This document shows, piece after piece, positions 9,041 through 18,659 of a stretch of DNA of 55,446 nucleotides. Under the pieces are notes generated by a model. That model was given only the letters and a program-made list of their open reading frames with translations. It made no database searches and was not told the DNA's origin. Made by a program: the position numbers and the translations under genes. Every line of letters starts with the position of its first letter. The stretch's first letter is position 1. Source of the stretch: Dehalococcoidia bacterium UBA5748 (lineage in GTDB: Bacteria; Chloroflexota; Dehalococcoidia; Dehalococcoidales; UBA5627); assembly GCA_002419135.1 (NCBI GenBank), contig DIFM01000027.1, positions 1-55,446 of the forward strand, given 5' to 3'.

Positions 9041-9422
9041 ATGAGTAATATGCAAATCAAAGAGCTGGCCGTAGATGATGAAGAAATAATCCTGCTTTAT
9101 TTTTGAGCGGCTATTAAAGGGTTGGAATTATCAATTAGAAACCACAAGTTCACCCCAAGAAGCATTGAAAAGAATAAAACGTAATGACTACGAATTTGTC
9201 CTGCTTGATATAAAGATGCCCGATATTAACGGCGAACAGCTTTATAAAATGATAGCATAGTTAAAGCCTCCCCTTGTTGCCAGAATTATTATCATCGCGG
9301 GAGATGTCATGAATAAGACAACAGTTTCTTTTCTGAATAAAACTGATTCTCCGGTACTCACCAAGCCGATTGACACTGATAAATTAAAAGAAACCATTGA
9401 CAAAATCATCTCAAATCAATAA
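9041..9422 (+). pseudogene. Disrupted CheY-like response-regulator receiver domain
   Basis: The sequence starts MSNMQIKELAVDDEEIILLYF and hits a stop. The receiver continues in another frame (SSPQEALKRIKRNDYEFVLLDIKMPDINGEQLYKMIA), meets an in-frame TAG at 9258-9260, then reads LKPPLVARIIIIAGD...TKPIDTDKL. That is at least one frameshift plus one premature stop. Confidence 0.7.
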
Positions 9423-9530
9423 TTTTTTTGCCATAAATGCTATTTCATACAATAACAAACTGAAAGCCGGCGTTTGCCATGTAATAATATGCCCCTTGTC
9501 AGCAAGGGTATTGGCAGATATAATTATGTT

Positions 9531-9713
9531 ATGAAACCTGATTTATTAGATATAATTGTGTGCCCGTTGTGTAAAAAAAGGCTGCAGCTTACGATAGAGG
9601 AACAAAACGAACAGGAAATTGTTACCGGTTTTCTGTTTTGCAGCGAATGCAACATTACATACCTGATCTCGGATACCATACCCGATTTACTGCCCCCGCA
9701 AGCCGTTTCGTAA
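9531..9713 (+). CDS. Trm112-family small zinc-ribbon protein
   Basis: MKPDLLDIIVCPLCKK...LFCSECNITYLISDTIPDLL matches the Trm112/DUF343 pattern. The ATG at 9531 is preferred over the TTG at 9474. Confidence 0.65.
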   Translation: MKPDLLDIIVCPLCKKRLQLTIEEQNEQEIVTGFLFCSECNITYLISDTIPDLLPPQAVS

Positions 9714-9878
9714 TTTCAAAACGATAAGTGTTTAGCGGTTTTTGGGAAATCGCTCCTGTTTTATATGGCATTCTTTTTAAAATATAAATCCGTATTTTTT
9801 GTCTTTTTACACCAGGAAAAAACTCTCATTTTTTATGCTTCTTATTCCGTTTATTCTGCAATTGTCTAAAAAAATAAG

Positions 9879-9907
9879 TTGTGATAAGCTATAAAAAATT
9901 ACATAAT
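9879..9907 (+). promoter_or_regulatory. Candidate sigma70-type promoter of the rnf operon
   Basis: TTGTGA (9879-9884), a 17-nt spacer, then CATAAT (9902-9907). The rnfC ATG lies 7 nt after the -10 and has no Shine-Dalgarno sequence. Confidence 0.3.
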
Positions 9908-9913
9908 TTTTAA

Positions 9914-11242
9914 ATGATAAATAATACATTAAAACCCAAATACCGCGGTATTCCGCAGTGGTTTAAGATACCCGAATATAAACTGACTGCGGAATATTTC
10001 ATTAAAACACTGCCTCTTCCCGACAGGGTTATTATTCCCTTGCACCAACATATAGGACCGCCTTCATATCCTGTTGTTAAAATCGGTGATAAGGTTTTGA
10101 CAGGCCAAAAAATCGGCGACAGTGATGAATTCAGGGGCGTTCCGGTGCATGCCACAGTATCCGGAAAAGTAGTCGATATCATTTCCTTTACGGACGTTGC
10201 ACACAATAAAGAACAGCAGGCTATTGTAATTGAGTCCGACGGAAAAGATGAATGGATAGATATGCAAACTATCGACGATCTTGAATCTCTATCCAATGAA
10301 CAAATAATCTCCAAAATAAGAGATGCCGGGGTAGTGGGTATGGGGGGAGCCATATATCCGGCACATCTCAAGTTAACGCTTCCGAAAAGCGGCAGGCTGG
10401 AGACAGTAATACTTAACGGATGCGAATGCGAGCCTTATGTAACCGCGGACTACCGCGTAATGCTGGAATACGGCGAAAAAGTTATATCCGGATTGAAAAT
10501 TATTACGAAACTGATCTCTCCCGATAATATTTTTATTGCTATCGAAGATAATAAACCGGATGCCATAGCGCATTTAACGACAATCCTTGAAAAATCAAAC
10601 CTTAACAGCAAAGTTAAAATGGTTCCGATAAAATTGAAGTACCCCGTCGGCGCCCGTGAACTGCTGGTTAAAGCTCTCTTAAGTAAAGAAGTGCCACTGG
10701 AAGGCAGGTGCCGCGATATCGGCGTGCTGGTTCACAATGTCAGTACCGCCAAAGCCATTCACGAATCCGTTATCGAGGGCAGGCCTTTGGTTGAACAGGT
10801 GATAACCGTCAGCGGAGGTGTTAAAAATCCTCAAAACCTGCTTGTACGGGTAGGAACTCCGGTCAAAAACATTATAGACTACTGCGGCGGAATAACGGAC
10901 GAAGCCAATCAGGTTGTGCTGGGCGGACCGATGATGGGCAGCGCCGTACCGGACACCGAAACGCCTCTAACCAGAGGGACGAGGTGCCTGCTGCTTAACA
11001 ACAATCAAATAAGAAATGAAGTGGACTGTATCCATTGCGGCAGGTGCATCGATGCCTGTTCGATGAGGCTCAACCCTTCACTACTGGCAAAATACTCTAA
11101 GGCCGGCAGATACGATGATTGCGGAGAAGCATATATCGATGCCTGTATCGAATGCGGTGTCTGCACCTATGTGTGCCCGGCTAGTATTCCGATAACACAG
11201 TACATAAAATCAGCCAAACAGCAACTTTCGCTGATGGAATAA
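9914..11242 (+). CDS. rnfC: Rnf complex subunit C
   Basis: 442 aa with the LNGCECEPY motif and two ferredoxin-type clusters, CIHCGRCIDAC and CIECGVCTYVCP. It is the first gene of the C-D-G-E-A order. Confidence 0.9.
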   Translation: MINNTLKPKYRGIPQWFKIPEYKLTAEYFIKTLPLPDRVIIPLHQHIGPPSYPVVKIGDKVLTGQKIGDSDEFRGVPVHATVSGKVVDIISFTDVAHNKEQQAIVIESDGKDEWIDMQTIDDLESLSNEQIISKIRDAGVVGMGGAIYPAHLKLTLPKSGRLETVILNGCECEPYVTADYRVMLEYGEKVISGLKIITKLISPDNIFIAIEDNKPDAIAHLTTILEKSNLNSKVKMVPIKLKYPVGARELLVKALLSKEVPLEGRCRDIGVLVHNVSTAKAIHESVIEGRPLVEQVITVSGGVKNPQNLLVRVGTPVKNIIDYCGGITDEANQVVLGGPMMGSAVPDTETPLTRGTRCLLLNNNQIRNEVDCIHCGRCIDACSMRLNPSLLAKYSKAGRYDDCGEAYIDACIECGVCTYVCPASIPITQYIKSAKQQLSLME

Positions 11243-11245
11243 TCG

Positions 11246-12211
11246 ATGGCAAAGATAAAGAATGATAACTCTAATAAGACTGAGGAGAAACTGATTATTT
11301 CCTCCGCCCCTCATTTACGCAGCAAGTGGTCGGTTAAACGCACCATGTATCTGGTGATTCTTGCCCTGATGTTACCTACCGCAGCCGGTATTTATTTCTT
11401 CGGCTTCAATGCCATATTTGTAATCCTGACCAGTGTCATTGCCGCCGTAGCCACGGAATACCTCGTAAAACTGCTCAGAAAGAAACCCTTCGTTATGGAT
11501 GGCAGCGCGGTAATTACCGGATTGTTGTTGGCATTAACATTACCACCGACCATTCCGTTGTGGATGGCGGCTATTGGAAGCGTTTTTGCCATTGCAATAG
11601 CTAAAGAAGCTTTCGGAGGACTCGGGCATAATATCTTTAATCCCGCACTGGCCGGACGTGCATTTTTACAGCTCAGTTTCCCGGCACAAATGTCCGTATG
11701 GATTGCCCCATCCGGTTTTGCACCGGATGCCGTTACATCCGCCAGCCCCCTAAGCGACGCCTTTGAAAAAATCGGCTCCAACCCGGAAATTTATCGCGAG
11801 CTTTTAATCGGAAATATCAATGGTTCGCTGGGAGAAACTTCCGCCCTGCTGCTTCTGGCGGGCGGTATTTTGCTGATAATTCTCAGGGTTATCGACTGGA
11901 GAACTCCGGTTGCCTTTATCGGTGCAACAGCACTGTTGAGCCTGGTTTTAGGGCAGGACGCCGTTTATCAGGTACTCAGCGGGGGATTGATGATAGGCGC
12001 ATTCTTTATGGCGACCGACTATGTTACCACCCCAATGACACGCACAGGAAAGATTGTTTTCGGTATCGGAGCCGGCATTTTAACGGTTACTATCAGATTA
12101 TACGGCGGCTATCCTGAAGGCGTATGTTTCGCAATTTTACTTATGAATGCCGCCACTCCTCTGATAGAAAGATATACTCAACCGAGACCCTACGGGTTAG
12201 GGAAGAAGTAA
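11246..12211 (+). CDS. rnfD: Rnf complex subunit D
   Basis: Polytopic protein with SSAPHLRS near the N-terminus and the FFMATDYVTTP motif typical of RnfD/NqrB. Confidence 0.9.
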   Translation: MAKIKNDNSNKTEEKLIISSAPHLRSKWSVKRTMYLVILALMLPTAAGIYFFGFNAIFVILTSVIAAVATEYLVKLLRKKPFVMDGSAVITGLLLALTLPPTIPLWMAAIGSVFAIAIAKEAFGGLGHNIFNPALAGRAFLQLSFPAQMSVWIAPSGFAPDAVTSASPLSDAFEKIGSNPEIYRELLIGNINGSLGETSALLLLAGGILLIILRVIDWRTPVAFIGATALLSLVLGQDAVYQVLSGGLMIGAFFMATDYVTTPMTRTGKIVFGIGAGILTVTIRLYGGYPEGVCFAILLMNAATPLIERYTQPRPYGLGKK

Positions 12212-12214
12212 ATT

Positions 12215-12754
12215 ATGCTGGACAGATTTAAGAAGTATTATCCGCTCTTTTTTCTGGTACTCGTAATTCTGGCATCTTCAGCTTTAATGATGAGCGCAGA
12301 AAAAATAAACAGGCTGGTACTGGAGTCGCGGCAGGCCCCGGAAACTTTGGCTCTGTTGCAACAACTGTTTACCGAAGCTACTTTTTATACATACCGTGTC
12401 GATACAGAAATATATACCCTTTACGATTCCCGGAGGCATAAACTTGGTTATGCCATGTATGGCGAGGGATTTGGATACAGAGGTAAGATTACCGTCCTCG
12501 CCGGTCTAAAAGACAAAGAAACAATACACAATATAATTGTAATTAACCAGATAGAGGATATTTCATACTGGAACATGCTAAAAAATAATAACTTCTTCGC
12601 TCAATTTATAGGGCTAAAAATTGAAGAATGTTATCCGAGTTTTGCTTGGCTGCCCGGAGGTGTTGATGCCGTATCCGGGTCAACTATCAGCTCGAGAGGT
12701 GTAACTAATGCCGTTCGAGATGCCATACTGGATAAACTCGAGTATTTGGATTAA
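12215..12754 (+). CDS. rnfG: Rnf complex subunit G (FMN-binding)
   Basis: N-terminal anchor helix and a C-terminal FMN-attachment motif (DAVSGSTISSRGV). Confidence 0.85.
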   Translation: MLDRFKKYYPLFFLVLVILASSALMMSAEKINRLVLESRQAPETLALLQQLFTEATFYTYRVDTEIYTLYDSRRHKLGYAMYGEGFGYRGKITVLAGLKDKETIHNIIVINQIEDISYWNMLKNNNFFAQFIGLKIEECYPSFAWLPGGVDAVSGSTISSRGVTNAVRDAILDKLEYLD

Positions 12755-12778
12755 AATTGTTAGGCAGGAGAATTAAAA

Positions 12779-13393
12779 GTGTCGGGATTTAGCAAAGAGT
12801 TTAAAAAGGGGATTGTAATTTCCAATCCTGTTTTTGTTCTGGCGCTCAGCCTGTGTCCGGTGCTGGCAGTAACCGATACGCTGGATAAGGCTCTTGGTAT
12901 GAGCGGCGCATTTGCTCTGGTGATAATCGCCTCCAACCTGATAATCTCTTTGATGCGTAAAATGATACCCGACGTTGTACGCATACCCGTTTTTGTAATC
13001 ATAATTGCCACTTTTGTTTCTATAGTAGAAATGCTTTTCCAGGCTTATATTCCGGCAATTTATTCCGCTCTGGGCATTTACCTCTCACTTTTAGCGGTAA
13101 ACTGCCTGATTCTGGGCAGGGCGGAGGCATTCGCATCCAGGAACAAAGTTTCCGATTCGCTGGCGGATGCATTAGGTATGAGTGTCGGTTTCTGTCTGGC
13201 GCTTATTCTCATCTCATTTTTCCGCGAGCTTTTAGGAAAGGGCGGCATTACAGTATTCGGCAACGAGCTTTTTACCCTTCCCGTCCTTGCAGAAAATCCG
13301 ATTTCCGTTTTCGGCATGTCAATGGGGGCTTTCCTCGTAATGGGTCTTCTGATTGCCTTTTTCAAACAGATAGGTGTAATAAAAGATGTCTGA
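12779..13393 (+). CDS. rnfE: Rnf complex subunit E
   Basis: 204-aa six-helix protein starting KGIVISNPVFVLALSLCP, a typical RnfE/NqrD signature. GTG start. Confidence 0.9.
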   Translation: MSGFSKEFKKGIVISNPVFVLALSLCPVLAVTDTLDKALGMSGAFALVIIASNLIISLMRKMIPDVVRIPVFVIIIATFVSIVEMLFQAYIPAIYSALGIYLSLLAVNCLILGRAEAFASRNKVSDSLADALGMSVGFCLALILISFFRELLGKGGITVFGNELFTLPVLAENPISVFGMSMGAFLVMGLLIAFFKQIGVIKDV

Positions 13394-13964
13394 ATTATTC
13401 TCCATATTCATAGGACTGGCGCTTATCAATAATATAGTCCTGGTACAGTTTTTGGGGCTGTGCCCCGTTTTCGGCGTTTCCAAAAAACTGGGGCCGGCGG
13501 TCAATATGGGGCTGGCGGTCACTCTGGTTATATTCGTTTCATCAACTCTGGCATGGCTTGCCAATAATTACATACTGATTCCGCTTAATGCCGAGTACCT
13601 GCACCTGATAATCTATCTGCTGATAATCGGTTCTATGGTGCAAATGCTGGAGATTTTCTTAAAGAAAACCAATGCAAACCTCTATAAGTCTTTCGGCATT
13701 TACCTGGCACTGATTGCCACCAACTGCGCTGTTATCGGCGTTCTGCTTCTGAATGCCGACGAATCCTACAATTTCATTGAAAGCCTGATAGCTTCGCTGG
13801 GCGCCGGCGCCGGCTTTACACTGGTTATGGCTTTAATGTCGGGCATACGCGAAAAACTGGAACTCTCCGATATCCCCAAAGCAATGAAAGGGCTTCCGGT
13901 AATATTTATAACGGCGGCTTTGATGGCTCTGGCTTTCGGCGGCTTTGTTGGGATGTTGTTTTAA
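13386..13964 (+). CDS. rnfA: Rnf complex subunit A
   Basis: 192-aa six-helix paralogue of RnfE (NNIVLVQFLGLCP). It overlaps rnfE by 8 nt. Confidence 0.9.
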   Translation: MSELFSIFIGLALINNIVLVQFLGLCPVFGVSKKLGPAVNMGLAVTLVIFVSSTLAWLANNYILIPLNAEYLHLIIYLLIIGSMVQMLEIFLKKTNANLYKSFGIYLALIATNCAVIGVLLLNADESYNFIESLIASLGAGAGFTLVMALMSGIREKLELSDIPKAMKGLPVIFITAALMALAFGGFVGMLF

Positions 13965-14098
13965 TGAATTACATAATTATTTTACTTGTATTTACCGTAC
14001 TTGGATTTGCTTTCGGGGCATTGATTTATTTTGTCCAATATAAAATAAGCCAGAGTAAAAATAAATCCGAAGATAACAATTCCTACAACAAAAATTAA
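13964..14098 (+). CDS. 44-aa single-helix ORF resembling only the N-terminal membrane anchor of RnfB
   Basis: Its ATG overlaps the rnfA stop (TAATG). MNYIIILLVFTVLGFAFGALIYF resembles the RnfB/RsxB N-terminal helix (LxLAFGAxLxxA). No Cys-rich Fe-S domain follows, and the ORF was too short for the track. Confidence 0.4.
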   Translation: MNYIIILLVFTVLGFAFGALIYFVQYKISQSKNKSEDNNSYNKN

Positions 14099-14229
14099 TG
14101 AGCTATTAACATTAGGTATAGAAATAATGCTTAAATATCATAATCCTTTGGCATTCTATCGTAAAAACTTATAAAGACAAATAATAAATTAAATTGTATA
14201 AAAATGATTACATCAATGTAGGTCGTATA

Positions 14230-14258
14230 TTGACATCTATTAATGTTTGTGATAAATT
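14230..14258 (+). promoter_or_regulatory. Candidate promoter upstream of the hydrogenase operon
   Basis: TTGACA (14230-14235), a 17-nt spacer, then TAAATT (14253-14258), within a 440-nt AT-rich intergenic region. This would give a leader of about 280 nt. Confidence 0.25.
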
Positions 14259-14538
14259 GACAGACGATTAGAAAATATAATAAACTTTCTCTACACTAAT
14301 TGTATTGTTTTTGTTTGTTTTACGGATGTTTATATCTACAACATGACCTTATAGCCTAAGGGTTAATATATAAATGCCGGTCGAGGTTGTGCCTGAAGAA
14401 TTGGTTTCTCCTATCGAGGAAAGGAGATAGCATGGTGAGTTGGCGATAAGCTTAAATGCTTAGACGTCCGGATATTATAAAAATTACATATTTTTTTACC
14501 GACTAGGTTATCAATAAATTCCACGAAAAGGAGTAAGA

Positions 14539-15609
14539 ATGGATACACTCTTTCTGAGACCCAAACCAACAAGGCGAGAATTTTTACAAGTAGCCACTGC
14601 CTCACTGGCACTCCTCGGGCTTAGCCAGGCTCTATCACCCAGAGTTGTTAAAGCCCTGGAAGAAACCTCCGGAAAACCCGCTGTTGTCTGGCTTCACGGA
14701 CAGGAATGTACCGGTTGCAGCGAATCCTTTGTTAACAGCCTCGACCCGACAGCAGCAGCCATTATTCTGGACACAATCTCCCTGCGCTACCATGAAACCC
14801 TGATGGCGGCTTCCGGATATCACGCCGAAGAAGCACTGGAAGATGCGATATCCGAAAACGGTTATCTTTTAGTAATAGAGGGAGCAATTCCTCTGGCTGA
14901 CGACGGATTGTATTGCACCATCGGTGGAAAAACCTTCAAGGACATTGTCAGGGAATCCGTTAAAAATGCAGCGGCAGTTATATGTGTAGGCTCCTGTGCC
15001 TCATTCGGAGGTTTCCCGGCGGCAGGCCCGACAGATGCAGTAGGATTCCTCTACAAGAATACCAAGAAACATCATGAATTCGATGATGTCTTGGGCGACA
15101 AACCGGTTATCAATCTGCCCCGCTGCCCGATGCACCCTGAAAGCCTGGTAGCCATTATTGTTCACTACCTGACATTCGGTGACATACCTCCGCTGGATGA
15201 TTTCCAGAGACCGATAGCCTTCTACGGCGAATTGATGCATGATAACTGCCCGCGCCGCGGACAATTCGAGGCGGGACATTTCTTAACCGATTGGGGAGAC
15301 CCCAATCAAGCAGGATACTGTCTGTATCTGAAGGGATGTAAAGGACCCTGGGCAAGACATGATTGCTGGAAACGGGGATGGAACGGCACAAGCGCTTATT
15401 GCATAAATGTCAACGCCCCCTGTATCGGATGCAGCGAACCCGAGTTCTACGAGAGGTTCAGCCCGTTATATGACAGACAGTTCGACGTGACTTTACCCGG
15501 AATCGGTAAAGTAGATATTGATAAAGTTATGGCTACCGTAGCTGCTATTGCCGCAGCCGGCATCGGCATCGATACGGTTATAACCAAGCTGAAAGGGGAG
15601 GAGAGTTAA
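14539..15609 (+). CDS. hupS: [NiFe] uptake hydrogenase small subunit, Tat-exported
   Basis: Twin-arginine signal (PTRREFLQVATASLALLG), the proximal-cluster motif HGQECTGCSES, and a C-terminal hydrophobic anchor. Confidence 0.9.
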   Translation: MDTLFLRPKPTRREFLQVATASLALLGLSQALSPRVVKALEETSGKPAVVWLHGQECTGCSESFVNSLDPTAAAIILDTISLRYHETLMAASGYHAEEALEDAISENGYLLVIEGAIPLADDGLYCTIGGKTFKDIVRESVKNAAAVICVGSCASFGGFPAAGPTDAVGFLYKNTKKHHEFDDVLGDKPVINLPRCPMHPESLVAIIVHYLTFGDIPPLDDFQRPIAFYGELMHDNCPRRGQFEAGHFLTDWGDPNQAGYCLYLKGCKGPWARHDCWKRGWNGTSAYCINVNAPCIGCSEPEFYERFSPLYDRQFDVTLPGIGKVDIDKVMATVAAIAAAGIGIDTVITKLKGEES

Positions 15610-17196
15610 ATGGGACAGAGAATTATTGTTGACCCGATTACCCGTATCGAAGGCCACCTCAAAATAGAAGTAGAGGTGGAGAACGGTATAGTTACCAATG
15701 CCTGGTCTTCCGGCAATATGGCACGCGGCATCGAAGTGCTGTTGCAGGATAAAGACCCGCGAGATGCCCCTTATATCACCAGCCGTATCTGCGGTGTTTG
15801 TGAGGGCGTGCATGCTATCGCTTCGTCCTTCTGCCTTGATAACGCTTTCGATGTAGATGTACCCGAAGCCGGCAGACTGATGCGTAACCTTTACTGTTCA
15901 TCACAGTATATCACGGACCACTACATTCACTTCTATATACTTTCAGCTCTGGATTATCTGGATATAATGGCAGTAGCGGATTATGCAGGGAATGATGCCG
16001 GATTACTGGCTATCAGAGATAAAATCAGGTATCTGGCTTCTAAAAATGACTTGTCACCGTTCACTCCGCGCTATGAACCGGACGAATATTGTATAAATGA
16101 CCCTGAGACGGTAACCACGCTGGTTTCACACTATATTCAGGCGATAGAAGCAAAAGCCCGCTCGAGCAAGATGCGCGCTATGATTACCGGTGTTCAACCG
16201 CATTTCAATTCGACTATGGTCGGCGGATGCACGGCAACACCGACAGTCGAACAGCTAAGAGAGTTTAAAAAACTCTGGCTGGAAGAGATTGACTTTGTTA
16301 ATAATATTTATATAAAGGATGTCGAATTTGTCGGCACCGGCCCTCTTCTGCCTCTGGCTACAATGGGGCTGGGCGGCGGCACCCAGAATTACCTCTGCTA
16401 CCCGATGTTCCCGCAAGCCGACCCTGCCAGCAATGCCGACCGTCCTTTCGGCGGCAGAAACCATATGTTTAAGGGAGGCGCCATCATAGGCGGCGCTCTG
16501 AATCCTGCCGAAGACGTGGATTACAGCAAGATAACCGAATCGGTAGCGAATTCCTGGTACGATTATCCCGACGGTGTAGACAGCCTGCATCCCAGCGAGG
16601 GCATCACCAAATTGAACGCCAGAAAAGAGGATGCCTATTCCTTCGTCAAGGCCCCGCGCTACAAGGGGCAGCCGATGGAAGTCGGCCCTCTGGCAAGAGG
16701 ACTGGTTAACCAGTATCCCGGACTTATGGCTTTGATAGAAGCCGGTGTTAAACCGGGTGTGGTCGCCAGACATTATTGCCGCGCCGTTGAATCGCAATCG
16801 ATAGCTGAAGCCGGACCGGAATGGATTGACAGGTTAACCGCAATGGCTTTAGAAGGGACGATAGTGGGTATGAAAGACAAGGATATTCCCAAATCGGCAG
16901 AGGGCTTCGGTGTCTATGATGCACCCAGAGGCGCACTCGGGCACTGGATAAACATCAAGGACCAGCGCACCAAGGACTATCAAATCGTAGTTCCCACCAC
17001 CTGGAATGCTTCGCCGCGTGATGAAAAGGGTGTAATGGGACCCTATGAATCATCTCTTATCGGATGCCCGATACCCGACCCGGATAACCCGATTAACATC
17101 GTACGCATCATACGTTCTTTCGACCCGTGTCTGGCCTGTGCCATCCACGTCATCGACCCGGAAAGTAATAACATAAAAGTACATAAGGTAGTTTAG
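15610..17196 (+). CDS. hupL: [NiFe] uptake hydrogenase large subunit
   Basis: N-terminal RICGVCEGVH and C-terminal DPCLACAIH Ni-binding motifs. A 15-residue tail after the His is the expected protease substrate. Confidence 0.92.
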   Translation: MGQRIIVDPITRIEGHLKIEVEVENGIVTNAWSSGNMARGIEVLLQDKDPRDAPYITSRICGVCEGVHAIASSFCLDNAFDVDVPEAGRLMRNLYCSSQYITDHYIHFYILSALDYLDIMAVADYAGNDAGLLAIRDKIRYLASKNDLSPFTPRYEPDEYCINDPETVTTLVSHYIQAIEAKARSSKMRAMITGVQPHFNSTMVGGCTATPTVEQLREFKKLWLEEIDFVNNIYIKDVEFVGTGPLLPLATMGLGGGTQNYLCYPMFPQADPASNADRPFGGRNHMFKGGAIIGGALNPAEDVDYSKITESVANSWYDYPDGVDSLHPSEGITKLNARKEDAYSFVKAPRYKGQPMEVGPLARGLVNQYPGLMALIEAGVKPGVVARHYCRAVESQSIAEAGPEWIDRLTAMALEGTIVGMKDKDIPKSAEGFGVYDAPRGALGHWINIKDQRTKDYQIVVPTTWNASPRDEKGVMGPYESSLIGCPIPDPDNPINIVRIIRSFDPCLACAIHVIDPESNNIKVHKVV

Positions 17197-17202
17197 GGGG
17201 TA

Positions 17203-17832
17203 GTGAAAATGACGAATACAGAAAATCAGGAAATGCGGCACCCTCCGGTGTTTCGAAAATTACACGGTTTAATAATGTGGTCTATCCTTCTTCTGGTAGT
17301 GACCGGTTTTTATATCCACTATCCCTTTGTGGACGGACAGGGATTCTTAATGTCGCTGGCACGCGGCGTTCACTTCCTGTTTGCCGCTATTTTGGTAGTC
17401 GCCGGTTTAACCCGCTTCATAATGATGTTTGTCGGCAAAAACCGTGATTGGAAATCGTTTATTCTCACCTTAAAAGACTTAGCGTTGATGCCCAAGTTCA
17501 TTGCTCACTATCTGCATTTGTGCAAGGAACCCCAGCTGTCCAAAAAATATAATCCGTTGCAGATGTCGACATACTTCGTGGTATTCATCTTTATAATCTT
17601 CCAGATACTTTCAGGCTTGGCCCTGCTGTTCCCCGAAAGCTTTATGGCATGGTTTAACTACGGTATCTTCGGTAACGAATATACCACACGTATCTGGCAC
17701 TATATCATAACCTGGGTATTCGTCTTCATACTGATGATTCATCTTTACCTTAACATACGCCAGGGACGCGGAAATGAAGCTGAAGATATCCGGGAGATGC
17801 ATTCGATACAATCTGCTGAAGAGAAAGAATAA
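17203..17832 (+). CDS. hupC: Ni/Fe-hydrogenase b-type cytochrome subunit
   Basis: 209 aa with four TM helices and conserved His residues, located directly after the large subunit. The start could be the GTG at 17203 or the ATG at 17209. Confidence 0.75.
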   Translation: MKMTNTENQEMRHPPVFRKLHGLIMWSILLLVVTGFYIHYPFVDGQGFLMSLARGVHFLFAAILVVAGLTRFIMMFVGKNRDWKSFILTLKDLALMPKFIAHYLHLCKEPQLSKKYNPLQMSTYFVVFIFIIFQILSGLALLFPESFMAWFNYGIFGNEYTTRIWHYIITWVFVFILMIHLYLNIRQGRGNEAEDIREMHSIQSAEEKE

Positions 17833-17853
17833 TACGGCAGGTAATAAGTAGAA

Positions 17854-18336
17854 ATGACTGATAAACTTAAGGCGGAAAAGAAGACTATGGTGCTTGGAAT
17901 AGGCAACATAATCATGGGTGATGAAGGCTTCGGTCTGCATGTTATCCGCCGCCTTAAGGAAATAGGAATGCCTGAAGATATAATTCTTGAAGAAGGCGGA
18001 GTGGGGGAACTTAACCTGCTGAATGATTTGCAGGGAATAGACAATTTGGTAGTGGTGGATATAATGATGCTGCCGCTGCCCCCCGGTGAACTAAAGGTAT
18101 TCGAACCGGGAAATCCGCCCACCGAACCCGGAAAAGCGATTATATCTTTTCACCAGATTGGTGTACTGGAACTGATAAATCTATGGACAATGATGGGGAA
18201 TGAAGAACCGGAAGTGACTTTCGTAGTAACCCGTCCGGAAACTATAGACTGGGGCACAGAGCTTTCACAAGCCTTAAAACCGACTGTCGAAAAGGCAGCA
18301 GATATGATAAAACAACTCTGTGCGGATTATAATTAG
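17854..18336 (+). CDS. hupD: Hydrogenase maturation endopeptidase (HyaD/HupD family)
   Basis: VLGIGNIIMGDEGFG motif, 160 aa, located in the hydrogenase operon. Confidence 0.88.
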   Translation: MTDKLKAEKKTMVLGIGNIIMGDEGFGLHVIRRLKEIGMPEDIILEEGGVGELNLLNDLQGIDNLVVVDIMMLPLPPGELKVFEPGNPPTEPGKAIISFHQIGVLELINLWTMMGNEEPEVTFVVTRPETIDWGTELSQALKPTVEKAADMIKQLCADYN

Positions 18337-18350
18337 AAGGAGTAATAATT

Positions 18351-18530
18351 ATGTATCATCTGGCTTTTTTAATCTCTGCACCGATATTACTGATTTCGGT
18401 AATAACCTTTTTCATTGGTGTGCGCAAAACCGGGAGCAACCCGCGCGGAGGCGTCGGTGTTATGTCCTGGGGATTTAATATCGGTCTTTTGGGTATTTTT
18501 GTAGCTGCCATGATATATCTCTTTGCCTAG
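18351..18530 (+). CDS. 59-aa two-helix membrane protein, unknown function
   Basis: Strong RBS (GAAGGAG at 18336-18342) and an ATG at 18351. Two hydrophobic helices are separated by RKTGSNPRGG. It ends just before a terminator and falls below the track cutoff. Confidence 0.45.
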   Translation: MYHLAFLISAPILLISVITFFIGVRKTGSNPRGGVGVMSWGFNIGLLGIFVAAMIYLFA

Positions 18531-18562
18531 AATATTTGCAAAATCCATTTTTGCTAAAATAT

Positions 18563-18597
18563 CGATGCCGGCTGTGTATTAGCTGGCATCGTTTTTT
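18563..18597 (+). terminator. Rho-independent terminator of the hydrogenase operon
   Basis: CGATGCCGGC...GCTGGCATCG stem followed by TTTTTT. Confidence 0.65.
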
Positions 18598-18659
18598 AAA
18601 AGTATTGATTTCCATCTGAGTTAAATTATCCTTTATTCCCCTTTTAAACAGAGAGAACT

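Noticed and set aside
9258-9260. In-frame TAG as pyrrolysine or programmed read-through
   Set aside because: The same gene also carries a frameshift, and nothing else in the window suggests TAG recoding. A pseudogene is the simpler explanation.
14407-14450. Five-codon mini-ORF (MVSWR) with an RBS inside a hairpin upstream of hupS, as a possible leader peptide
   Set aside because: It is too short and unsupported by any attenuator-like alternative structure that I could trace by eye.
17140-17196. Possible [NiFeSe] hydrogenase with a UGA-encoded selenocysteine
   Set aside because: The C-terminal motif reads DPCLACAIH with ordinary Cys codons and no in-frame TGA.
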